From Candidatus Dormiibacterota bacterium (GTDB lineage: Bacteria > Chloroflexota > Dormibacteria > Aeolococcales > Bog-877), in assembly GCA_049790415.1 (NCBI GenBank), contig JBAQYY010000042.1, positions 5,094-69,093 of the forward strand: DNA of 64,000 nt. Reading direction: 5' to 3'. Below, piece after piece: positions 38,655 through 47,559 of this stretch (position 1 is the stretch's first letter; every line of letters starts with the position of its first letter). The notes below the pieces were generated by a model. That model saw only the letters and a list, made by a program, of their open reading frames with translations. It made no database searches and was not told the DNA's origin. Made by a program: the position numbers and the translations under genes.

Positions 38655-40160
38655 GGCCCGACTGGCGGCCCTGACACCTCCCTTCCGGTGAGCGGCGGCC
38701 GGACTTTTCTCGATGAACGGGGCGAGCAGGCCGGGCCGCGCCTGCTCCGCTACTCGGACCGCTTCCGCCCAGGTCAGGTCCTGCATTCGGTAGGCCTGCC
38801 GGCCGGCCGCGGTGGTAGCGATCAGATTGACCACCTGGGAGCGGCGCTGGAAGAAGGACTGGTGCAAGTTCCAGCCGATGATTCCCTCCGAGGAGAGCAT
38901 GCAGCGCCGCCGCACCAAAGAGCCAGAGCGGACCACCAGCCGCTCCTTGATCACCGCGTGGCCCAGGCTGCGGTAGCGGTCCGCCGCCAGCGGTAGGCCG
39001 AGCAGCAGCAGGGCTAGGACGGCCAGCCATCCCCAGGCCGGCATATCTCCCAGCCACCAGCCGATCAGGAGAACGAGCAGAGCTGGAACGGTCACTAGCA
39101 GGACTCGGTTGAAGCGGCGCCGGCGGGCGATGCGGCCGTGGGCCAGCAAGTCGCATTCAACCGGCGTCGCCGAGCCCAGGATCAGGGCGGAAACCGACTG
39201 GGCCAAGGCTCGGGGAGCTGGCGGAAGCAGCATTGAACCGCCCCGCTCGGCACCGCGGCCGACCCGCAGTCCGGTGGCGATGGCGATGCAGCGGCCGCCG
39301 TGGACCCAGCGCAAGAGCAGCGGCTCACTGAACTCGACGCCGCGCAGGCGACGCTCGTCGATACTGACAATCCGGCTGGTGAGGAGACCGCGGGTCACCT
39401 GAAGCGTGCCTGCCTGCCGAGTCAGGCGAAAGTTCCAGAAGCTGAGGATGTAGCCCAAGGTCGAAGCCAACGAGATCACGATGGCGACGGCGAGGATCAG
39501 GGCCGCTACCAGCACTGGCGTGGAGGAGCCGGAGCCGAGCTGCTCCAGGACCGCATGCACCGGGCCGATGCGACTGGGATTGAGGTGGTCCTCGTTGACG
39601 ATCTGGAGGCCAAAGCCGATCACCGCCAGGACGGTCACCGCCCCCGACAGGGTGAAGGGCCCGTAGCCGATCCATCGGGGCTGCCAGTGGGCGAGTTCGG
39701 TAGGAAGGGGGGGCCCTGCGGTAGTGCTGGTAGCGGTCGCGCTCAGGGCGGATTGATGAAGCAACTGCTCTCGCAGCCAGCCGGCATCCTGGGCACTGAG
39801 CCCATCCAGCTTGAGCCCCCGGTCATCCTTGCGATCGGTCCGGCCGGTGCCGATGGTGATGCTGGCCAGCCCCAGCATCCGGTGCAGGACGTTGGCGGTG
39901 AGGTCAACCGTCCGGATCCGGTCTCGTGGCACAGTCAGGGTCCGCCGCCGGAAAAGGCCGCGGCGGAGCTGGACTTGTACCGGTCCGATCTGGTAGCCAG
40001 TCGTGAACCAGCGCACGGTACCCGCCAACAGCGCGAGCACCAGGCCAGCCAGTCCCCAGAGCGGCCCCTTGCCGCTGCCACTTCCGGCCAGCACCAAGAC
40101 CACCAGCCAGGGAATGTTCTTGAGGATCTCCTGGACCGGGAGCAGGACCAGCATGCGCAC
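38649..40160 (-). CDS. YdbT-like membrane protein with three bacterial PH (bPH_2/DUF304) domains
   Basis: 503 aa. The unit of a two-TM hairpin followed by a PH-like domain is repeated (e.g. RRGLFRRRTLTVPRDRIRTVDL, TRGLLTSRIVSIDERRLRGVEF, RSGSLVRRRCMLSSEGIIGWNL). Confidence 0.7.
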   Translation of the reverse strand: MRMLVLLPVQEILKNIPWLVVLVLAGSGSGKGPLWGLAGLVLALLAGTVRWFTTGYQIGPVQVQLRRGLFRRRTLTVPRDRIRTVDLTANVLHRMLGLASITIGTGRTDRKDDRGLKLDGLSAQDAGWLREQLLHQSALSATATSTTAGPPLPTELAHWQPRWIGYGPFTLSGAVTVLAVIGFGLQIVNEDHLNPSRIGPVHAVLEQLGSGSSTPVLVAALILAVAIVISLASTLGYILSFWNFRLTRQAGTLQVTRGLLTSRIVSIDERRLRGVEFSEPLLLRWVHGGRCIAIATGLRVGRGAERGGSMLLPPAPRALAQSVSALILGSATPVECDLLAHGRIARRRRFNRVLLVTVPALLVLLIGWWLGDMPAWGWLAVLALLLLGLPLAADRYRSLGHAVIKERLVVRSGSLVRRRCMLSSEGIIGWNLHQSFFQRRSQVVNLIATTAAGRQAYRMQDLTWAEAVRVAEQARPGLLAPFIEKSPAAAHRKGGVRAASRAS

Positions 40161-40228
40161 GTCCAGCCTTCGCCAGTCGTCATCGGCACTGGCGGAAGCT
40201 GCCAGATCGCCATCCCCGGTGGGGTTGA

Positions 40229-40738
40229 TCAGGTTGCGTCTCCGGGAGTCTGCTGCGCGATCGCGGTCAGCTCTTCGACCAATCCCTGGGCCGTGGCCCG
40301 GTCGAGTCCAGTGATCTGCAGTGGACCCGCCGCCGACGCGGTGTTGGCGGTCACCTTGACGAGCCCAAAGAGCTGTTCGATGGGTCCCCGCTCACTGTCC
40401 ACCGTCTGGAGCCGGGACAGAGGAGCGATCCGGCGCTCCTGATGAAACCAGCCGGCCTGGGTGTAGACCGCCACCGGAGTGACCTCCCAGCGGTGCACCC
40501 GGTAGCGCCATCTGGGCATGACGATCAGATGCGTTGCGGCCAGGACGACGGTGATGGCCAGCAAAGTCCAATGCCAGCCCCCGGAGCCGGGCGCGGCCAC
40601 CATCCAGATCACCTCCCCGACCAGGAGCACGACCCAGCCAATGGCGGCTCTGGCGGTCCAGTACCAGACCGCCAGCGGACTGACCAGGTGCCGAGGCGGG
40701 CGCAACCAGGGTGCGTTTGTCTCGGGCGCCTGCTCCAT
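40229..40738 (-). CDS. YdbS-like membrane protein with a single bPH_2 domain
   Basis: 169 aa with two TM helices, then QAGWFHQERRIAPLSRLQTVDSERGPIEQLFGL. It is the canonical upstream partner of YdbT. Confidence 0.65.
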   Translation of the reverse strand: MEQAPETNAPWLRPPRHLVSPLAVWYWTARAAIGWVVLLVGEVIWMVAAPGSGGWHWTLLAITVVLAATHLIVMPRWRYRVHRWEVTPVAVYTQAGWFHQERRIAPLSRLQTVDSERGPIEQLFGLVKVTANTASAAGPLQITGLDRATAQGLVEELTAIAQQTPGDAT

Positions 40739-40743
40739 CTCTG

Positions 40744-41484
40744 CTACTGAGTTGCCAACTTGAGCCGGGAGCGCATCAGGGTGAGCACCGATGGGTCACC
40801 GCCTTGGCTAAGGCCGGCCTCTGAGCGTCGCCCCCACAACCAAAGCAGCACGCTCTCCGGGTCGCCGCTGACCTCGGCGTCGGGTACCCCCTGCGGGGTG
40901 GCGACTTGGACCGACTCTCGGTCCAGCGCCACCTCCCAGGCTCGCCCCCCGGTGGTGACCACGACCCGTTGGCCCGCACAACCATCGCCGGCAACCTCCG
41001 ACCAGTCCCCGGCGAGGAAGATGACCAGCACCTCGTCGACCCCGTCCGTGGCCAGCTCGGCGTCGATCGAGGTCGGTTCCCCCACGCTGAGTTCGGCGTC
41101 GACGCGGTGGATGACCGTCTCGTGAGCCATGCGCCTGGCCCAGAAGCCCACCGTCTGATCAGCTGGCCACCAGGTGGCCGCGGGCGCCTCCGGACCACGC
41201 TCGGCTAGCAGCGACAGGAGGCGTCCCTGGGCATCTGCCAGCCACTCGAGCGGGTCCCGCTCTGGGGGCCAGGCGGGGGGCCAGGGGTCAGGTACTTGCC
41301 CGGTCAGCGTGCAGGAGATCTTGTGCTCATAGACCTCGGCAACGTGGTTGACCACGTCGGCAACCGTCCAGCCCGGACAGGGCGGCACATCGGCCTCCAG
41401 GTGGCCACGGGCGACCGCCGCCAGGCGATCGCCATCTGATTGGACGTGGTCGAGGAAGGTCTGGAACTCGATGCCAGACAGCAT
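40744..41484 (-). CDS. Mycothiol-dependent maleylpyruvate-isomerase-like (DinB_2 / TIGR03083-type) protein
   Basis: From ATG 41484: FLDHVQSDGDRLAAVA....PCPGWTVADVVNHVAEV... followed by a C-terminal SCP2-like region. Confidence 0.65.
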   Translation of the reverse strand: MLSGIEFQTFLDHVQSDGDRLAAVARGHLEADVPPCPGWTVADVVNHVAEVYEHKISCTLTGQVPDPWPPAWPPERDPLEWLADAQGRLLSLLAERGPEAPAATWWPADQTVGFWARRMAHETVIHRVDAELSVGEPTSIDAELATDGVDEVLVIFLAGDWSEVAGDGCAGQRVVVTTGGRAWEVALDRESVQVATPQGVPDAEVSGDPESVLLWLWGRRSEAGLSQGGDPSVLTLMRSRLKLATQ

Positions 41485-41536
41485 AGGGAAAGCGGGGTTG
41501 GCGGTCGCCGTTGTACCAGCCGGGCGGGGAATTCTG

Positions 41537-41893
41537 CTAGTGACGGACCAGGAGCCGGCCGCCCTCGGTGGCAGGCGGCTGGTAGGGGATCCCGTAGTGC
41601 TTGAACACCCGAGCCTCATCGTCCAGGGAGAGCTCGCCCCCTTTATCGATGTTGGGAGCGTGGTGGATCTCCGACTTGAGCCGTCCCACCTTGAGATAGT
41701 CCTGCCCCAGCGTCGCTCCCGCCAAGGGGACGAAGGTGAGGTGGCGACCGAAGAGTCCGGTGTGGACGGTCACGAAGAGGGGCTCATCGCTGGCGGCGTC
41801 GAAATAGACGTCCTCCATTTGCCCTACCGCCTCTCCTTCAGCGTCGACAACGTCCTTCCCCTCCCACTCGCGGATGTTCTCAAGCTCGTTCAC
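41537..41893 (-). CDS. PRC-barrel domain protein
   Basis: 118 aa. WEGKDVVDAEGEAVGQMEDVYFD....PLFVTV is the PRC-barrel pattern. Confidence 0.65.
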   Translation of the reverse strand: MNELENIREWEGKDVVDAEGEAVGQMEDVYFDAASDEPLFVTVHTGLFGRHLTFVPLAGATLGQDYLKVGRLKSEIHHAPNIDKGGELSLDDEARVFKHYGIPYQPPATEGGRLLVRH

Positions 41894-41951
41894 AAAGGTC
41901 CTCCATCCTCCGGACGCGACCAGGGTATTGGTTCAGCCCCTCTTAGGCAGA

Positions 41952-43103
41952 CTACTCTGCGGCCTCGGTGGGGGCGAGCGCACGCTGGGCGTGTTCGAAA
42001 GCGGAGTTGGCCGCAGGCACGCCGCAGTAGATGGCGGTCTGGAGGAGAACCTCGGCGATCTGCCCGGGAGTGAGGTCGTCGGCCGCCGCCCGTACGTGCA
42101 TCTCGAACTCGTCCCAGCGGCCCCCGGCGACAAGCAGGGCCAGGGTGACGCAACGGCGGGTGAACTGGTCCAGGCCGGGACGAGCCCAGACCTCGCCCCA
42201 GGCGTATCTGGTGATCAGCTCCTGGAAGTCGCTGGTCAACGCGGTGGCGTGGCCCAGCGCCTGGTCGACATACTCGTCGCCCAGCACTCTCCGCCGGGCT
42301 GCCATACCCCGGGCGAACTGGCCACCTGTGAGCTGCCCCAAAACCGCGCTGACGAAAGCCTCTGGCTGCTCCACGTTGGCCAGGTGGGCGGCGCCCGAGA
42401 GGACTTGCAGGGCGGCGTTGGGGATGGCCACCTGCAGCTCCAGGCCCCGCAACGGCAGGGCGGCCTGGTCCATGGCTCCGGCCAGGATCAGGGTCGGTTC
42501 CGCGATGGTGGCCAGCTGGCCGGTGAGGTCGGCAGTGGCCAGGGCCTCGCAACCAGCCGCGTAGGACTCGGGATCGACGGCCACCAGCTGCTCCCGGAAG
42601 CGCTCCACCGTGGCTGGCTGGGAGCTCATGAACTCCGGACAAAACCAGCGCTCCAGGATCTGCTCGCGGAGGGGCGCCAGGCCATCCGCCCGGACCGAGG
42701 CGGCCCGGTCCAGCCAGTACTGCCCGGGCGCCATCTGGGCGCTGCTGCAGGCCACCACCAGCTGCTCCACCCGCTCCGGGTGGCGCGCGGCGATCGACAG
42801 GCAGATCATTCCGCCCAGGGAGAGACCGCAGAAGCAGGCCCGCTTGATACCGAGGCGATCGAGTAGGAAGAGGAGCTGATCAGCCAGCCCCTCCACCGAG
42901 TAGGGTCCCGGTCGCGGGGCTGAGCCGCCGTGTCCGGGGTAGTCGTAGCGGAGGATTCGAAAGTAGCGCAGCAGCGCCGGGACCTGCGACTCCCAGAGGT
43001 CGATGGTGGTCCCCAGTGAATTCACCAGAACCAGTACCGGGCCCTGGGCGGGCCCGTCGAGCTGGTAGTGGGTGTCGCCACCGGTCATGTCGAGCTGGCT
43101 CAT
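41952..43103 (-). CDS. pcaL: Bifunctional 3-oxoadipate enol-lactonase / 4-carboxymuconolactone decarboxylase
   Basis: An N-terminal alpha/beta hydrolase (GLSLGG nucleophile elbow) is fused to a C-terminal CMD domain (...TRRCVTLALLVAGGRWDEFEMHVRAA). Confidence 0.8.
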   Translation of the reverse strand: MSQLDMTGGDTHYQLDGPAQGPVLVLVNSLGTTIDLWESQVPALLRYFRILRYDYPGHGGSAPRPGPYSVEGLADQLLFLLDRLGIKRACFCGLSLGGMICLSIAARHPERVEQLVVACSSAQMAPGQYWLDRAASVRADGLAPLREQILERWFCPEFMSSQPATVERFREQLVAVDPESYAAGCEALATADLTGQLATIAEPTLILAGAMDQAALPLRGLELQVAIPNAALQVLSGAAHLANVEQPEAFVSAVLGQLTGGQFARGMAARRRVLGDEYVDQALGHATALTSDFQELITRYAWGEVWARPGLDQFTRRCVTLALLVAGGRWDEFEMHVRAAADDLTPGQIAEVLLQTAIYCGVPAANSAFEHAQRALAPTEAAE

Positions 43104-44515
43104 GCATCCTCCTGGGGCGGGCCTGGACGCAGTGCCAGGGCTCGGTCGATCAATTCTTGGGTGGCTCCCAGGTAGGTTGCCGGCTCGAAAAGCTCATCGA
43201 GGCCAGCTGAACCCAAGTCCTGGGATGCCTCGGGGACGTTGGCGAGTTCGTCACGGAGGCCGGTGGCGTTGGCGGTGCTGCGCCGAGATGCCTCGTCGAC
43301 CCTCCTTCGACCGGGCCCCCGGCCCTGGCGGCGGCTGAGCTCGAGAGCGACGCGCTCGGCCATGATTCCGCCGCGGGTCAGGGCGAGGTTGGCCGCCATC
43401 CGTTCCTCGTCCACCTGGAGCCCGTCCAGGAGATGGTGGAGCCAGCTGGTCACACCACCGGAGAGGCGGAGCATCGCCGTCAGGGTGGTCCACTCAGCTT
43501 GCCAGTCCCCGGTGGCGCGCTCCAGTTCCTGAGCCATCCCTGCCAGCATCACCGCGGCCAGGCCGGCGATCCGCCGATAGCTGGCGATGATGGCAACCGA
43601 GCTGGCGGCATTCCGCTTCTGGGGCATCGCCGATGAGCTACCAGCACCGTCTGACTCGGGCTCACTCACCTCGCCGACCTCGGTCTGACTGAGCAGCACC
43701 ACATCCTGGGCGATCTTGGCGGCGACCCCGGCCACCAGGCAGAGTGCGCTCGCCAGCTGGGCCGGGCGCACTCGGTCCGTGTGCCAGGGGAGAAGGGGCT
43801 CCGCCAGCTGCAGGTGTGCCGCCAGCAGACTCACCACCTGGGTCCCGCCACCCTCCAGCGAGGCAAGCGTGCCGGCGGCACCCCCCAGCTGCACCGCGAG
43901 CCCGCTCTCCTCGACGCTCTTCAGGATCCCCTCGACTTCCAGGATGGCGATCAGCCACTCCGCTGCCTTCAAGCCAAAGGTTCTCGGCACCGCGTGCTGG
44001 AGCAGGGTCCGACCCACTTGCAGCGTGGCCCGATGGCGCTCGGCGAGCTCGGCGGCGGCGCGTCCGGCGCCAACCAGGTCCGCTCTCAGCAACTTCGAGC
44101 TGCGCTTGGCCACCAGCATCATCGCCGTGTCCATGGCGTCCTGGCTGGTGGCGCCCCAGTGCACCCAGGTGGCCGCGTCCTCGGGGAGCTGATCCATCAG
44201 CGCACGAACCATCGGCGAGACCGGGTTGCCACCTTGAGGGGCACTGCGCCCGAGACTCTCCAGGTCGAAGTTCTCGGCCTGGCAACGGCCCTCGATGGCC
44301 AAGGCCGCCGGGGCGGGGATGAGGCCCGCCTCAGCTTGGGCTCGAGCCAGGCCGGCTTCGAAGTCCAAGAGCGCCTGCAGCCAGGCGCGATCTGAGGTGG
44401 CCTGAGCCAGGGCGGGGGTCGTTTCGAGGGCACCGAAGAGACCGAGCTGGGAGTCGTCCCCGGCGGCAGCAGCGGCCCTTCGCTTCTCGTCAGCGCTCAA
44501 AGAAGACCGTCTCAC
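43100..44515 (-). CDS. pcaB: 3-carboxy-cis,cis-muconate cycloisomerase
   Basis: Fumarate-lyase superfamily signature GSSSAMPQKRN, in pca context. The GTG start overlaps the pcaG 3' end. Confidence 0.8.
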   Translation of the reverse strand: MRRSSLSADEKRRAAAAAGDDSQLGLFGALETTPALAQATSDRAWLQALLDFEAGLARAQAEAGLIPAPAALAIEGRCQAENFDLESLGRSAPQGGNPVSPMVRALMDQLPEDAATWVHWGATSQDAMDTAMMLVAKRSSKLLRADLVGAGRAAAELAERHRATLQVGRTLLQHAVPRTFGLKAAEWLIAILEVEGILKSVEESGLAVQLGGAAGTLASLEGGGTQVVSLLAAHLQLAEPLLPWHTDRVRPAQLASALCLVAGVAAKIAQDVVLLSQTEVGEVSEPESDGAGSSSAMPQKRNAASSVAIIASYRRIAGLAAVMLAGMAQELERATGDWQAEWTTLTAMLRLSGGVTSWLHHLLDGLQVDEERMAANLALTRGGIMAERVALELSRRQGRGPGRRRVDEASRRSTANATGLRDELANVPEASQDLGSAGLDELFEPATYLGATQELIDRALALRPGPPQEDA

Positions 44516-45035
44516 CCTTGCCCTGAAGGACTATGTCGAAGCGAAACCCGGAAGCGGTGGGCTGCGCGATCAGGGTCTTCCGCGCCTCCTCATCCGGGAT
44601 GGCGGCCAGCACCGGATCGGTGCGGTTCGCCTCCTCCTCGTCGGGGAAGTAGATCCTGGTGAAGAGCTGACGGAGCAGGCCCCGGCCGAACACCTGAACC
44701 GCGACATGGGGCGCCTGCGGTCTACCAGCCGGCCCCGCGACCGAGCCCGGCTTGACGGTGAAGAACCGGAAGGCTCCCTCCTCGTCGCTCAGGCTACGAC
44801 CGAAGCCGGCCCAGCCGGGCCTACATTCCGGGGGGAACCTCCCACTCTCGTCGGCTTGCCAGATCTCCACTGCCGCGTCAGGCACAGGTTCGCCGGCACC
44901 ATCCAGGACCAGTCCCTCGAGGAGGACTACTCCCGGATCTTCGGGACGGACCAGTTGCTCCGCACCCTCCCAAGTGAGTCCCAAGCTGAAGAAGGGACCG
45001 GCGGTCTGGGAGGGGCTGTTGGGGAGTCGGCTCAC
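44490..45035 (-). CDS. pcaG: Protocatechuate 3,4-dioxygenase alpha subunit
   Basis: 181 aa with the N-terminal TAGPFF motif and intradiol dioxygenase fold. It follows pcaH with a 4-nt overlap. Confidence 0.85.
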   Translation of the reverse strand: MSRLPNSPSQTAGPFFSLGLTWEGAEQLVRPEDPGVVLLEGLVLDGAGEPVPDAAVEIWQADESGRFPPECRPGWAGFGRSLSDEEGAFRFFTVKPGSVAGPAGRPQAPHVAVQVFGRGLLRQLFTRIYFPDEEEANRTDPVLAAIPDEEARKTLIAQPTASGFRFDIVLQGKGETVFFER

Positions 45036-45778
45036 GGCTGCTCCGAGGGTTCGAAGGGAGTGCTGGCTACTCCGTCGAGGACGATGTCAAAGCGGTAGCC
45101 CAGCGCCCACTCCTCCACGGTGAGATCCATGGCGAAGGTCGAAACCAACCGGGGCCGGGCTTCAGTCGGAAGGGACAGCGAGATGGGGTCCTGGCTCATC
45201 AGTGGGTCGCCAGGAAAGTACATCTGAGTCACCAGCCGCTCACTGAAGGCATTGCCGAACAGAGAGAAGTGGATGTGCGCCGGCCGCCAGGCGTTGGGGT
45301 GGTTGGCCCAGGGGTAGGAGCCGGGCTTGATGGTGACGAAGCGGTATTCCCCGCGGTCATCGGTGAGGAGACGCCCACCGCCGGTGAAGTTGGGATCCAG
45401 CGGGGCCGGATGCACGTCATTGCGATGGGCGTAGCGACCGGCGGCATTGGCCTGCCAGACCTCCATCAACTGATTGCGCACCGGTCGTCCCTCGGAGTCG
45501 GTGACCTTACCCGCCACAATGATCCGCTCTCCCAGGGGCTCACCCTGGTGCTGGCGGGTGAGATCGGCGTCGAGCGGGGTGGGCGGCAGGTGACCATAGA
45601 CGGGACCGCTGCGGTCGGCCAACGCCTCGGGCAACGCCACGAGCGGCCGCTGCGGGGAGCGGAGGATGGTCGAGGCGTAGTCGGGGAAGAGGTAAGGGGG
45701 TTGCACTCTTTCCAGCCCGTCGCCGCCCCGACTCGCGCTGTTGGTCACAGGTTCTCTTCCTTTCGCCGGCGTGGCCAA
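45032..45778 (-). CDS. pcaH: Protocatechuate 3,4-dioxygenase beta subunit
   Basis: Intradiol dioxygenase iron ligand region MEVWQANAAGRYAH...RPAHIHFS. Confidence 0.85.
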   Translation of the reverse strand: MATPAKGREPVTNSASRGGDGLERVQPPYLFPDYASTILRSPQRPLVALPEALADRSGPVYGHLPPTPLDADLTRQHQGEPLGERIIVAGKVTDSEGRPVRNQLMEVWQANAAGRYAHRNDVHPAPLDPNFTGGGRLLTDDRGEYRFVTIKPGSYPWANHPNAWRPAHIHFSLFGNAFSERLVTQMYFPGDPLMSQDPISLSLPTEARPRLVSTFAMDLTVEEWALGYRFDIVLDGVASTPFEPSEQP

Positions 45779-45838
45779 GCCAGCCGCGTCGTGGATGACG
45801 TTACAACGGGCAATCTCACCGCGGACCGCTAACCCTGG

Positions 45839-46645
45839 TCACTCGTCCGCCGGCGACCTGAACGCGCGCAGGGCGGCCAGTTCCTCGGCGGTTGGCGGCT
45901 CCGAGCGGAGAACTTGCTTAGCGACTTTGAGCGGCCATCCGGTAGCGCTGCGCGCCTCTTCTAGGTCGACCCCGGGATGGAGGGCGGTGAGGGTCAACTC
46001 ACAAGTCTTCGGATCAGGTCGGAGCACTCCCAGATCGGTGATCACCATCACCGGCCCCGCTCCCTTCTGACCGAGCCTTTCTCGGTCACCGGGACCGGTA
46101 CCGAAGCCGATCGAGGTCACGAAGTCCAGCTTCTCGACGAAGGTCCTCTGGCTCTGTCGAACCACGACGATGACCTTCTTGCAGCAGGCGGCGATCTCGG
46201 GCGCCCCGCCAGCCCCTGGCAGGCGCACCGTGGGCTTTTCGTAGGGACCGACAACGGTCGTATTGAGATTGGCGAAACGGTCGATCTGGGCTGCCCCCAG
46301 GAAGCCGACGTCCACACGCCCCGCCTGGAGCCAGTAGTTGAAGATCTCCGGCACGGAGACGACCGCGTCGGCGGTGTCAGCCAACTCGCCGTCTCCGATC
46401 GAGAGCGGAGGGCGGTGAGGCTTGGCCCCGATTGTCCCTGACTCATATATAAGGACTACGTTGGGCGCGAAGACCAAGCGGGCCAGGTTAGCTGCTACCG
46501 AGGGCACCCCGATCCCCACGAAACACACCGTTCCGTCGGGCAGGGCCCGAGCTGCCTCTACCGTCATCATCTCCTCGGAGGTGTAGGCGGGAGTCAGCGC
46601 GCTGGCCTGCTCCGCCTCGACCCACGCCTTGCTACGGGCAACCAC
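45839..46645 (-). CDS. pcaJ: 3-oxoadipate CoA-transferase subunit B
   Basis: CoA-transferase beta subunit (LIYESG catalytic Glu region), adjacent to subunit A and the pca genes. Confidence 0.75.
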   Translation of the reverse strand: MVARSKAWVEAEQASALTPAYTSEEMMTVEAARALPDGTVCFVGIGVPSVAANLARLVFAPNVVLIYESGTIGAKPHRPPLSIGDGELADTADAVVSVPEIFNYWLQAGRVDVGFLGAAQIDRFANLNTTVVGPYEKPTVRLPGAGGAPEIAACCKKVIVVVRQSQRTFVEKLDFVTSIGFGTGPGDRERLGQKGAGPVMVITDLGVLRPDPKTCELTLTALHPGVDLEEARSATGWPLKVAKQVLRSEPPTAEELAALRAFRSPADE

Positions 46646-46647
46646 GG

Positions 46648-47490
46648 TCAGCTGACCCCGGCTGAACTCGCCGACCTCTGGCCTTGCTCCACGACGTGCT
46701 CATCCATCCACTGCAGGAAGCGCTGGCGGTCGCGGCTGATCTCGTCCCACTCCGTGTAGAAGGTGTTGTCGCGGCTCGAGTACCCGGCCGCGTACGAGGG
46801 GTGGGCGCCGCCCGGTACTAGCGCCACCGCCGTCACCGTCCATGACGGCAGGACAATGGCGCCTGCGCTGTGGGGGACCAGCTCGTCGACGATCTCCTCG
46901 ACTGTCACCAGCGACCGTGCCGATGCCAGCACGACCTCCTTCTGGACTCCCTGGATCCCCCAGAGGAGCACGTTGCCCTGACGATCCGCCTGCTGGGCGT
47001 GAATGATGCCAACGTCCGGCCGCAAGGCAGCGACCGCAGTCAGGCGCTCGCCGGTGAAGGGACAATCGATGGGGGCGATGGTGCTGAGCAGGGGTTGGAG
47101 ATCGGTCCCCTCATAGCCGCGCAGGACGGCAAACGGTAGTCCCGAAGCTCCCGCGACATAGCGGTTGGTCAGGCCCGCGTGACTGTGCTCCTCGATTTCC
47201 AGGGCATGAGGCCACTGGTGCTCGACGGCGTCTCGAAAACGGTGCAGAGATCCGACCCCGGGGTTGCCTCCCCAAGAGAAGACCATCTTGTCGGCACAGC
47301 CCATGCCGATCATCTGGTCGTAGATCACGTCCGGGGTAAGCCGGATCAGGGTCAGGTGGCGGCGCTGCTGCCGGATCACCTCGTGGCCGGCAGCGAAGGG
47401 GATCAGATGGGTGAATCCCTCCAGAGCCACGCTGTCGCCGTCGTGGACGAGCTGGGAGATGGCCTCGGGCAGGCTCACGATTTCAGCCAT
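46648..47490 (-). CDS. pcaI: 3-oxoadipate CoA-transferase subunit A
   Basis: CoA-transferase alpha subunit family (glutaconate-CoA-transferase-like, as in actinobacterial PcaI). It lies 2 nt upstream of subunit B. Confidence 0.75.
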   Translation of the reverse strand: MAEIVSLPEAISQLVHDGDSVALEGFTHLIPFAAGHEVIRQQRRHLTLIRLTPDVIYDQMIGMGCADKMVFSWGGNPGVGSLHRFRDAVEHQWPHALEIEEHSHAGLTNRYVAGASGLPFAVLRGYEGTDLQPLLSTIAPIDCPFTGERLTAVAALRPDVGIIHAQQADRQGNVLLWGIQGVQKEVVLASARSLVTVEEIVDELVPHSAGAIVLPSWTVTAVALVPGGAHPSYAAGYSSRDNTFYTEWDEISRDRQRFLQWMDEHVVEQGQRSASSAGVS

Positions 47491-47559
47491 CGCTGGCCAC
47501 CGAGCGCCGCGCCAGACTAGCCGTTCCGGAGACTCGGCTGAATATCTGATCCAAGGCCG

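Noticed and set aside
43662-44395. Several 190-207-aa ORFs in alternative frames within pcaB
   Set aside because: These are Arg/Pro/Gly-rich high-GC frame artefacts. The pcaB frame has the fumarate-lyase signature GSSSAMPQKRN.
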